Translations under genes and position numbers: made by a program
The notes under the pieces: model-generated
Database searches by the model: none
Told to the model about the DNA's origin: nothing
The model's input: the letters and a program-made list of their open reading frames with translations, nothing else
From: Octopus vulgaris
Lineage: Eukaryota
Assembly (NCBI GenBank): GCA_951406725.2
Contig: OX597833.1
Location: forward strand, 68,138,001 to 68,202,000
Direction of reading: 5' to 3'
Length of the DNA: 64,000 nucleotides
Part shown: piece by piece, positions 53,644-64,000 of the stretch
Numbering within the stretch: the first letter of the stretch is position 1
How the letters are laid out: each line of letters starts with the position of its first letter

Positions 53644-53876
53644 TTAGTGGTCAGGGTATTGGACTCGTGATCTTAAGATTGTGGTTTCCATTCCTGGACC
53701 GGACGACTCTTTGTGTTCGTGAGCAAAACATTTCATTTACCGTTGTTCCAGACCACTTAGCTGGCAGAAATGAATAATTATGTGACGGACCGGCATCCCG
53801 TCCAGGAGAGTAACATATACGCCACTGAAGCGGAGAAACTGGCCTTCATGAGCCTGGCATGGCTCGAGAAGAAAAT
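53644..53876 (+). mobile_element. Second CORE-like tRNA-SINE with a different tail
   Basis: TTTAGTGGTCAGGGT..GGTTTCCATTCCTGGACCGG..TTGTGTTCGTGAGCAAAACA..tail CGGCATCCCGTCCAGGAG..GGCTCGAGAAG. Confidence 0.6.
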
Positions 53877-53879
53877 ATG

Positions 53880-53915
<36 letters not shown>

Positions 53916-53920
<5 letters not shown>

Positions 53921-54082
53921 AAGGAAAGAAACGGAGCGGCAATTAACTATTAGAAGTTGATCATTGGTATTAAATAATCATTATCCAATTGTAGTTATTT
54001 TAACGACAAATAAACTATGACCATTTAATACCAACGATCAATTTCTAATTGTTAATTGTTACTCCATTTCTTTTCTTATCTG
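53916..54082. repeat. Inverted repeat next to (TA)n
   Basis: 66-bp arms 53916-53981 / 54017-54082 match 55/66; 35-bp spacer. Confidence 0.85.
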
Positions 54083-54890
54083 AATATATTACACCATGGT
54101 TTACTATTTAAATTACCAACTAATTTTAACCTATACATAGGTAATACATCAGCAGTGCCAACGGATATATTTATCCCTCAGACAGTTGCATAACCTCCAA
54201 CTCATAATCTGTGTGTGTGTGTAGTGTCTGCTATATAAGGTGAAAAATCTGTCTGTAATTAATAATAGGTCACCTTGACAACGCTTGACAAGAGTCTAAT
54301 TATAAACATCGCATTCACAGCTAAGTAAACAATTAAATGCCGATCATTGAAACTTATTTGGTGCTTTGGTCATACAGAAATAATTAACTATGCTATAGAT
54401 GTGAAGATAACAGCTCGACATTGGTGAATTTGAAATGCTTCTCTTTTCATTGTGTAATCTTGATATCTTTTGAAAAGGTGTCACTAATAAATTCGCCATA
54501 TCAGTGTTATGTGTGGCGATGATATCACATCAAGAAAGGCAACACCTGGCTCTGTATCTCAAACAACAGCAACAAAAACAACTACAACATAAACATGTTC
54601 ACACCATCATTTATACAATTAAGTTTGATTTCACAAATAACGTTTTGAACTATATCAACAGTTTCTAATATCGCTGAAATGCTTTAGAGATATTTCACAC
54701 GTCTAAGGATTTTTTTTTTCTTTCTTTCATAGTTAAAAAAAGAAATCGAAAGGAATTGGTGTTATATCGATATGTACCGTGGAATGGTAGCCTATTTTCG
54801 GTGTGGTTCGTCAGGTTCTCAGATCTAATTCGAACGAAGTTGACATTGCGTTTTCAACTTCTATATATCCGATATATCATACTTAATTCA

Positions 54891-55090
54891 GCGAGCTGGC
54901 AGAAACGTTAGCACGCCGGGCGAGATGCTTTGCGGCATTTCGTCCGCCGCTGCATTCTGAGCTCAAATGCCGCCGAGGTCGACTTTGCCTTTCATTCTTT
55001 CAGGGTCGATAAATTAAGTACCAGTTACGCACTGGGGTCGATGTAATCGACTTAATTCGCTTGTTTGTCCCGTCTGTGTTTAGCCCCTTC
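54891..55090 (+). mobile_element. SINE B1
   Basis: Collinear with 17113-17344; runs into a TA/TG tract. Confidence 0.9.
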
Positions 55091-55092
55091 TG

Positions 55093-55133
<41 letters not shown>

Positions 55134-55168
55134 TAATATATATATATATGTATATTAATATATATATG

Positions 55169-55201
<33 letters not shown>

Positions 55202-55223
55202 ATTTATGTATATGTGTATATGC

Positions 55224-55257
<34 letters not shown>

Positions 55258-55276
55258 TTGTGTGTGTATGTATATA

Positions 55277-55307
<31 letters not shown>

Positions 55308-55382
55308 GTATATGTGTATATATATGTATATATGTATATATGTATTTATGTATATGTGTATATATGTATTTATGTATATGTG

Positions 55383-55418
<36 letters not shown>

Positions 55419-56148
55419 TATGTATATATGTATGTATATGTATTTATGTATATATATGTGTGTGTATGTCTCTGTGTGTATGTGTAGGTACGCCCATACA
55501 CAAACAAACACGCATACACCCGTATCCACCGAAAACACGGAGCAAATGAGACCCGTACAATTCCACAGATTCTCGGACAAGTGTTTAAGAAGAAAAAAAA
55601 ACCCATTCCGGTAATGCTTACGCTATGTATTTATTTGAATAGCTCTGTTGATACAATAATTGCAAACGGAAATTGGAGCATTTTTATATTGGCATCAATA
55701 AACGGTTGCATGGATATAGCTTAGTAAAACTCGAGAGTTCTACAACACGTTGGCGTGGAGACCTGCCAGATTGAATTATAGTAACCTTGGATATTGGCTT
55801 ATGTCGAAATGAGATTTGAAATTACTGAACGGTAGTAAAATTATGTGTATGTAAAATATATTTATATACACGTGTTCCTCTTTGTGTGTGTGCTTGGTGT
55901 TTGTATATTATGTATGGAATAGGTTTTAATTTGGACGCAACAGTGCGTCACGTTACACGATTCTACAGGGAGACATACGAACTTGTATATATATGTGTGT
56001 GTGTGCGTGTGTGTGAGTGTGTATTTGTGTGTGTGTGTGTGTGTAATGCATTCATATATGTACACATACACATGTTCAACCTGTTACATGATTTTGTTAT
56101 ACGTACATACAGGCGCAGAAATAACTCGCATATATTTATTATATATAT

Positions 56149-56184
<36 letters not shown>

Positions 56185-56187
<3 letters not shown>

Positions 56188-56241
56188 GGTGTCCCAGCAT
56201 GGCCACAGCTCGTGAGCTGAAACTAGATAAAATAAAAAAAA
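56185..56241 (+). mobile_element. Isolated LINE/SINE-A-type 3' tail in (TA)n
   Basis: GGCGGTGTCCCAGCATGGCCACAGCTCGTGAGCTGAAACTAGATAAAATAAAA. Confidence 0.7.
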
Positions 56242-56567
56242 GAATATATATATATATATATTTGTATGTGAATGTGTGTGTACTTGTGTATCTATGCATG
56301 TATATATGTGTATATATATGAATACATAAGCATCTATGTGTGTGTATATATGTATATATATATATATGTGTGTGTGTGCGCGCGCGTGAGCCTAATAAAC
56401 AGGAAAGGCCCTTACGCCAGCCCTTAATTCATAATTTCTCTGAAAAATTGCTATAAACCCCAGTGTTTATAATTTGTTCCTACGTACGTTTCGCATGTGT
56501 GGTGCTTGGAATTTTACAAAAATGGTATCTCACAAAAATGTTATCACACACAAATACATACATACAT

Positions 56568-56895
56568 ACAACGGGCTTCTTTCAATTTCCGTCTACAAAA
56601 TCTACTCACAAGTCTTCGGTCGGCTAGAGGCTGCCCAACGGTCGGCTCGAGGCTGCCCAACGTGCCATGCAGAGAGACTAAACCAGAATCCATGTCGCTG
56701 GAAAGCTATCATCTTACCATACAGCCACGCACGCGATAGCATTTTAGCTTCCTTCTACCAAATCTACCCACAAAGTTTTGGTCGGCCCGTGGCTATAGAA
56801 GGAAACACTAGTGAAAGCTGCCGTACAGTAGGATGCAGCCTAATTCCACATGCTTGAGAATCAAGGTTCTTACGCACAGCACCAAGCCTGCACCA
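56568..56895 (-). mobile_element. Two diverged SINE A 5' halves in tandem
   Basis: GGGCTTCTTTCAATTTCCGTCTAC... and TTCTACCAAATCTACCCACAAAG..GGCTATAG; first has a 22-bp internal duplication CGGTCGGCTNGAGGCTGCCCAA. Confidence 0.65.
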
Positions 56896-56898
56896 TGT

Positions 56899-57186
56899 AT
56901 CAGGCTATCAGATGTTGCTACACATTGCTGGTCACAATGCGCTTCGCATTGTTTTAGCCTTCAAATGACGTCACCCCGCTGGCTACGAGAGCAGGCCAAC
57001 AGAAGAAAGAGTGAGAGAAATTTGCGGCGAAAGAGTAGAGCAGGGATCTCCACCACCCTCTGCCGAGGCCTCGTGTGGAGCTTTAGGTGTTTTCGATTAA
57101 TGACACTCTCAACGCCCGGTCTGGGAATCGAAACCGCGATCCTACGACCGCGAGTCCGCTGCCCTAACCACTGCGCCATTGCACCT

Positions 57187-57188
<2 letters not shown>
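56899..57188 (-). mobile_element. tRNA-derived SINE family E
   Basis: Minus strand GGAGGTGCAATGGCGCAGTGGTTAGGGCAGCGGAC...GGTTTCGATTCCC with strong A and B boxes, then a unique body. Confidence 0.8.
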
Positions 57189-57277
<89 letters not shown>

Positions 57278-57643
57278 GTGTGTGTGTGTGTGATAGTCTG
57301 GATAAAGTTCCTCTCTATATCTGGGCCTCTGGGGGGAAATATGATTCATATCATTCTTTAAGTGGTTAATGTATCTGAAATAACTATGACTCAATTAATT
57401 TAGGCAAGAGGAAGTCAATCAGCAGAGGAAATCATTTGCTTGGTTTCTGTTTATTTTCACCGCTCTCTCTATTTACTTTCATACGCCAGTATGTATAACA
57501 TCTGCTTTACGAGCGTCACAAATTACAATCAAGTTTTCGTATATAACTTGTCAATCATGTTCTCCCACTCTAAGCAGCAGGAGTTAAACACTTCGTGAAT
57601 GATTACAGCCACGATGCGGAAGCCTACAATATCTTTCTGTCTG

Positions 57644-57674
<31 letters not shown>

Positions 57675-57911
57675 CTATCTTTCTATCTCTATCTATCTAT
57701 CTATGTATCTATCTATCTCTATCTTTCTATCTCTATCTATCTATCTATGTATCTATCTATCTCTATCTCTCTCTCTATCTATCTATATATCTGGTTAGCT
57801 GTCTCTCCATCGCAGTCTCTCTTAGCCAACAGCTGACACTGTAGTAATTCCCCAGCATTAGAAGCTGTGCAAAGGCAATAATGATAATAATAGGTTCGAA
57901 ATTTCCCCAAG

Positions 57912-57955
57912 ACACCTGATGAAGGCGGGAGGGAACATCAGCCGAAATGTTGTGT
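57912..57955 (+). ncRNA. Minimal type-I hammerhead ribozyme with canonical core (Penelope-like context)
   Basis: ACAC-CTGATGA-A-GGC...GCC-GAAA-TG-TT-GTGT; stem I ACAC/GTGT, stem II GGC/GCC. Confidence 0.65.
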
Positions 57956-58685
57956 TAACAACAATCAAGATGAGGACAAATATCTGTCAACTGTAAATAA
58001 CGTACCTTCATAAGACCTTCCGAAACGTCCGCCTATATATTGCACTGAGTGAGTAATTGAAAGCAACGTTAATCCCGGAAGGGACTTAGTGAACAAGCGG
58101 AAAACTCAAAACCCAAAACTGCAAAATGTTGTCCAATACACTGATACTTACACACTCGTCTAGTCGTTCAGTAACTTAAATAGAAGGAAACCCTTCCTTG
58201 GCCTCGTTTGAGAAAACATGTATGGCATGGTATATTGTTTTGCTCTCTAATACTTCTGCTAGTTCACCTCCCAATCTTGATCAAATATTAAATACTTATC
58301 ACTACAGGGTTTGGCAGAATCCAGACAAAATCAAAAGATATTTTATACCATTGCGTTCCGCAGATCTGTCGATCAGAGAATCGCCGGTTTGCGCCTATCT
58401 TGAATCACGCAAACGACTTTCCTTCATCATTATGGCACGATAAACTATTGATACACAACGTATTTATTCGCCTGTGTTTGTTACACACTATGATTACTTT
58501 TCTTTTTTTGGTGAGGGGGGGGCAAAAATTACTAAATAATGTCTAGAGTAAATGGCGCCGGTGCACATTCGATTGTATATTAAAACAACTATGAACACAC
58601 CCTCCATCCATAGACACATAGCTACATACAAATATACATATATATATACTAAATCTAAAAAACCGTTTATACATACACACATATA

Positions 58686-58796
<111 letters not shown>

Positions 58797-59160
58797 GTAT
58801 ATTGAATATATATATATTGCACGCACATATTCGCACGAACTAGTGCACGTATACATTATGCCGTGTGTGTGTGTTGTGCTGCTAATAATTAATTAATGAC
58901 ACTCTAGACATATTATGATGGATCATCCGATACGCGGGGTGTAATGTACAGAACAAATATATATTTTTGCTATCCCTGTGATCAGTAATGAAATAGACAG
59001 ACAGGCACGGACATATGTAAACAAATGTATTGTTTTTTTTTTGTTCAATCGCGCTGTGAGCAGAAATTGAAACAGATACATGTTTATATATCGGTTGGCA
59101 GATGTTCGATCACATTTTGTAGCTGTGAAATGAAACAATTATGTATCTTACGGTATAACG

Positions 59161-59193
<33 letters not shown>

Positions 59194-59194
<1 letters not shown>

Positions 59195-59461
59195 CGCAGG
59201 AGTGACCGTGTGATAAGTAGCTTGTTAACCAACCACATGGTTCCGGGTTCAGTCCCATTGCGTGGCATCTTGGGCAAATGTCTTGACAACCGATGCTGGT
59301 GTGTTTACGTCCCCGTCACTTAGCGGTTCGGCAAAAGAGACCGATAGAATAAGTACTGGGCTTACAAAGAATAAGTCCCGGGGTCGATTTGCTCGACTAA
59401 AGGCGGTGCTCCAGCATGGCCGCAGTCAAAATGACTGAAACAAGTAAAAGAGTAAAGAGAG
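59194..59461 (+). mobile_element. SINE A with a clean ~142-bp internal deletion
   Basis: Joins ..TGTCTT to GACAACCGATG at CTT (59282-59284) relative to the 50575 copy. Confidence 0.92.
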
Positions 59462-59490
59462 TGTATATACGCACTAATTTATCTTCGCCC

Positions 59491-59746
59491 AAACAAACCA
59501 GCACCAGTTATCAAGTGGTTTATGGGAAAGATAGTCAAGTAGGATGATGCACTCTCATAACTATATACTCACGCACACACATAAACATAGTGAAGCATAC
59601 ACGCGATGGGCTTCTTTCTGTTTCCATTTACTAAATCATCTCACAAGGCTGAGGTTATAGTAGGAGACTCCTGTCCAAGGTGCCACGCAGTGCGATTGAA
59701 CCTGCAACCCTGCGTTTATGAAGCAATCTTATTACGCACCCAGACA
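59491..59746 (-). mobile_element. Diverged SINE A
   Basis: GATGGGCTTCTTTCTGTTTCC..CCAAGGTGCCACGCAGTG..TGAACC. Confidence 0.7.
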
Positions 59747-60949
59747 TTGATTAACCACCTTTCTAATCTCTGGAGTAACCATTATAAACATAATCACTTG
59801 TATAGGAGGGAAATAAATCATACTTCAATAGGCAGAGTAACTGAAATTAGCCTATTATATCGAACTTAGCCTATTATATCCCGATAGATTATGCTGCGTA
59901 GATCTCGGCGGAATTCGAACTGACAACGGAAACCGGACGTAATGGCGCTCTAGCGGTGAGTCCAGTGTTAAAAGTTCAGCGTCACCACCGTTCCATTCGT
60001 GGGAAATGATATATATCAAAGATGGTAGTGTTAGTATTAGTGGTACTTATAAAGGCCGTAGTAGCGGCTGTAATAGTAGTGAAAGTGGAAGCAACATAAA
60101 TATTCACCCACGACAAGTTTTATACCTTCGTGGTGTGTTTAAAGGCAGACATACACACCTGCCTATATACGTATATACTTATAAACTAACGCTCTCAAAT
60201 TTCCGATGGCCCTCTCGGTTTTTCTTGCATTTAAATTGCTCTTTAAAACAAATGAGACAAATAGGAAACTAAAAAGGGAAATTTATTGTAAAGATAAATG
60301 ATAAAAAAGAAAAAAAACTGTATAAACAGCGAAAAGGATTCGAAAGAAAATAATCTCCATTTATTTTATTTTCTATCTTATTTATTTGGGTATTTTTTTT
60401 TTTTTTTGTACTTTCAAGAAAATTCCCGGAGGAATTTTTCAATTTATATCATCTTTCAGCAACTCTCACTAAAAACCGACCCACATTCTTGGTTCCAAGC
60501 TGTCTTCTACCCACTATTTTATTTTTTACATTCACTGTGTGTCTACGCGCCAGTCATTTTCTTTTAACATGTGTATACGTGTGTCTGTCTGCGAGTATAC
60601 AGGTTTTCTGTTGGTGTATATATATGTAAGCGTATATGTGTATATAGTTATATGCGCGTGTGTATAGTTAGGCGTGCGTATATATATGTTTGTACGTGTC
60701 TATTTGCGTGTGTCTTTGTTTGTGTGAGTGTGTGGGTATTTTTTCGGTTTCTTCTTCCTATATATCAGCAGTATTTATTCAAAGTTGTCAAGTTTTGGGA
60801 AGAAATGCCCGAAGCTTATCTAGGAAATGCCTTTTAGTGAAAGACTTTTATTTCCATTATCAAAATATCATATCAGCTAACTAAACAGACAACTAGTGAA
60901 GTAGGGACCATGCTGATATCTATCTATCTATCGTTCTATCTATCTTTCA

Positions 60950-61013
<64 letters not shown>

Positions 61014-61255
61014 CAACGTGCCTGCCCGTCTCTCTTCCCCGATTCTTTGTTATATGTGTGTGTGTGTTTTGCCCCAGCAGAGCCTGGACTTATGGCTAAA
61101 ACCAGTAATAGTATTAATATATATGTACGTATATATTCCTTTACGCGTTACAGCCTAATGTTCGTCGTCATATTATATACTATATATATATATATATATA
61201 TATATATTTACATATATACATATCTTTCTATATGTATATATATATATATATATAT

Positions 61256-61549
61256 CTTACTTACTTTTATTTATTTGGGTTTAATCCAGGGTCTGAGGCC
61301 GTGCTGGTGCACTGCCTTCACTATATCTTGGGCTCTTCTCAGTATTGTCTCTGCTGAAGTAGCGAGTTTGTCTTTGCCGCTCGTCTTTGTGCCTCCTGCC
61401 ACACTGTGGGATCATCCGGTCTGGGAGAAAAAACTCGTTCGACATTTTTTGAAACCTTCCATGCCCACACCTCGCTCATCCCAGATGTTCTGTGGTAGGG
61501 CATCAAAACATTTATTGTCCCTTGAATCCCAAGCTATTACAATACTGGG
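61256..61549 (-). mobile_element. CR1/L2-group LINE 3' end (ORF2 C-terminus plus 3' tail)
   Basis: With frameshifts: NSLGFKG..F.ALPQNIWDERGVGMEGFKK..FFS..PDDPT..EAQRRAAKTNSLLQQ, resembling CR1-group 'FN.LP..LR.L.GV..FK..LD.FL..VPDEP..RAA.SNSL'; followed by GGCAGTGCACCAGCACGGCCTCAGAC. Confidence 0.7.
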
Positions 61550-62548
61550 TTATATATATATATACACTGAAATGCCCACAAACGCACAGGTATATGTAAA
61601 ACTTGATGAAATGTCATATCTAATTTTCCTATTGTATTTATGCAATAATATTTTAGAGTTTAGATTGAATCTCTAAAACAATGTCAGTGTATTTTCTCTG
61701 GTACAGCAGCACTACTTTACTGTAGAACATGTGTAAACTACATCTGAGGATCACTCCTTCGTTTTTGCTTTAAATATACACTCAGGTTTCTTTGACGGCT
61801 GCCATTGAAACTTTAGAAATTACCTTACCGATGTATTGTATCTAAACCAGGTGATTCTTGTGAGACCTTTGATCGAGATCGGATATAAATCTTTAAACAG
61901 ATTCAAAAATGACAGTGTGACATAAAAACAAAGAACATACGTCAGAACTTTTCTAAGAATATCGAAATGTTTCTTTATAATCACATTTTTGGGTAGGGTA
62001 GAAAATACGAATATATTGTTTTCGAGCGAAGCTGTATTTATAAAGGAGTGAAAGATCTTGGAAAAGAGACGCATTTGAAAAAGAAAATTTAGGATGGAGT
62101 TCTCTGTAAAATGTTTATTTCCTTTGATGTTGGTGCGGACAGAATAAATCTTAAGTTAGATCTGATTGATTAGTAGAATATTTTTCAAAGAGAAGCCTTG
62201 AATCTTGTCAGAGGAAGGTCAAATGTGATCTTCACAAGACTTGTGTTATATGAAGTCCTCCCAAAACTTCTGCGTCAAAGACAGACGCCCATTCACCTCA
62301 TGGTACAAACAGGCGCGCAAACATACACATACACACATTTGTCTACATACACATACACACAAAAAAATCACATACGCCCGGCATATACTTAAAAAGCCTC
62401 GGTTGCAGAGAAATATTAGGAATGTAAACATACGTTTTCTATGCTTCATCAGAAGAATTCACCACAAAGTTTCCTCTTCAAAATCTCACGAAGAATGTCT
62501 TCTAATTTTATATATTTTGTGTCCGTTTCCTTGCGCATCCCCTGTATG

Positions 62549-62634
62549 CACACACACACACATACACACACATACACACACACACTCACACACACACATA
62601 CTCACACACACACACACTCACACACACACACACA

Positions 62635-62709
<75 letters not shown>

Positions 62710-62748
62710 TCACTCACTCACACACACTCACACAGACACACACACACA

Positions 62749-62787
<39 letters not shown>

Positions 62788-62796
62788 ACACACATA

Positions 62797-62869
<73 letters not shown>

Positions 62870-63054
62870 TCACACACACACACTCACACACGCACACACA
62901 CACTCACACTCACACACACTCACACTCACACACACTCACACAGACACACACACACACACACTCACACACACACACACACACTCACACACACACTCACTCA
63001 CTCACTCACCACTCACTCACTCATTCACCACTCACTCACCACCTCTCTCTCTCA

Positions 63055-63085
<31 letters not shown>

Positions 63086-63147
63086 TCACACACACACTCA
63101 CTCACTCACCACTCACTCACTCTCTCTCTCACACACACACACACACA

Positions 63148-63186
<39 letters not shown>

Positions 63187-63263
63187 TCACTCACTCACTC
63201 ACTCACTCACTCACTCACTCACTCACTCTCTCTCTCTCTCTCACACACATACACACAACACAC
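62549..63263. repeat. About 700-bp (CA)n/(CTCA)n microsatellite
   Basis: Direct inspection. Confidence 0.95.
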
Positions 63264-63985
63264 CCATAGATGTTACAGCGTCTGACAGAAGACTTTGCTG
63301 TGACATTTGTTTCGGCCCCGTTAACTTTGAACTTCAGATTTCCTGCTCCCCATGCACTTGCATTCCTTATTTAGGTTTCATTAGACAAAGTGCCTCCTCA
63401 GTGCTGGTGCATCTCTCTGTGCTCTCGAGATAATCCAGCATGAAATTGCAATTAGTTTAAGCGTGGATGGGCTGAATGGATTGTTATCTTTTCTCATGGG
63501 TATTTGAAACATGCAGGGATTATGCGATAGAATGGTAAATTTTACCCCATCCTCCTTCATTGCAGCTAGCTTTCGAAAATTGAATAGAGTTTGACTAATG
63601 TAGAGGAACAAATCTCTTTAGAATTACTGTTTGAACAAATACCAGGCATTTGTTAGAATATAATCTGAAATGAAAGCAGAGGGGAAAAGCTGAACATTAA
63701 ATGCGGGATTAGGGTAACTACAGAAATTATAAAAAGGTCATTAGGGAAAATGAAGGGGTTTGAAAGGGTACAATGTATTAGCTTAGATACGGATGTTTGA
63801 CGGTTGAAACATCGCCTGTAGTTTGGAAATTTCGAAATGACTATGTTTATTGCGACAGTATACGCGAACAAAATGTTTAAGAAGGAATATCTATTTATAT
63901 ATTGAGTAAAATGAGTCAACAAAGCCAAGGCAGTGTGACATTTCTAGGGCATTTATAAAGACATGGGTTTCAGGAATATAAAGGA

Positions 63986-64000
63986 CTAGCAGTATCGCCC
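63986..64000 (-). mobile_element. 3' terminus of a third Helitron family 1 copy (cut by window edge)
   Basis: A|CTAGCAGTATCGCCC identical to 6574-6589. Confidence 0.7.

Noticed and set aside
57115-57188. Functional tRNA gene (also 53454-53520)
   Set aside because: A/B boxes run into SINE bodies, and acceptor and anticodon stems are not intact.
62241-63433. 342-aa and 330-aa HT-repeat ORFs
   Set aside because: Open only because (CA)n lacks stop codons.
61680-63960. Complex sequence flanking the (CA)n tract as possible coding or LINE DNA
   Set aside because: Frequent stops in the frames examined and no motif I can recognise; needs a translated search.

Overview
AT-rich, microsatellite-saturated eukaryotic non-coding DNA. 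The SINE families resemble, from my recall, those of octopus (coleoid cephalopods); this is not database-confirmed. No host protein-coding exon can be supported: the long ORFs are (TA)n/(CA)n/(GAT)n or SINE read-through artefacts. The window holds many tRNA-headed SINEs of several modular families, non-autonomous Helitrons (one nested in a Tigger-like MITE), a decayed Tc1/mariner transposase, and LINE relics (RTE x3, CR1-like, R4/Dong-like). Two signals stand out. (1) A dispersed set of ~160-215 bp elements sits in (TA)n tracts and carries minimal type-I hammerhead ribozyme folds with covarying stem I and non-canonical cores. Other hammerhead-like folds and fold-back structures resemble Penelope-like pLTR relics. 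(2) A consensus recursive-splicing (ratchet point) motif, polypyrimidine-CAG|GTAAGT at 19947/19948, suggests the window lies in a very long + strand intron. All alignments and folds were done by eye.
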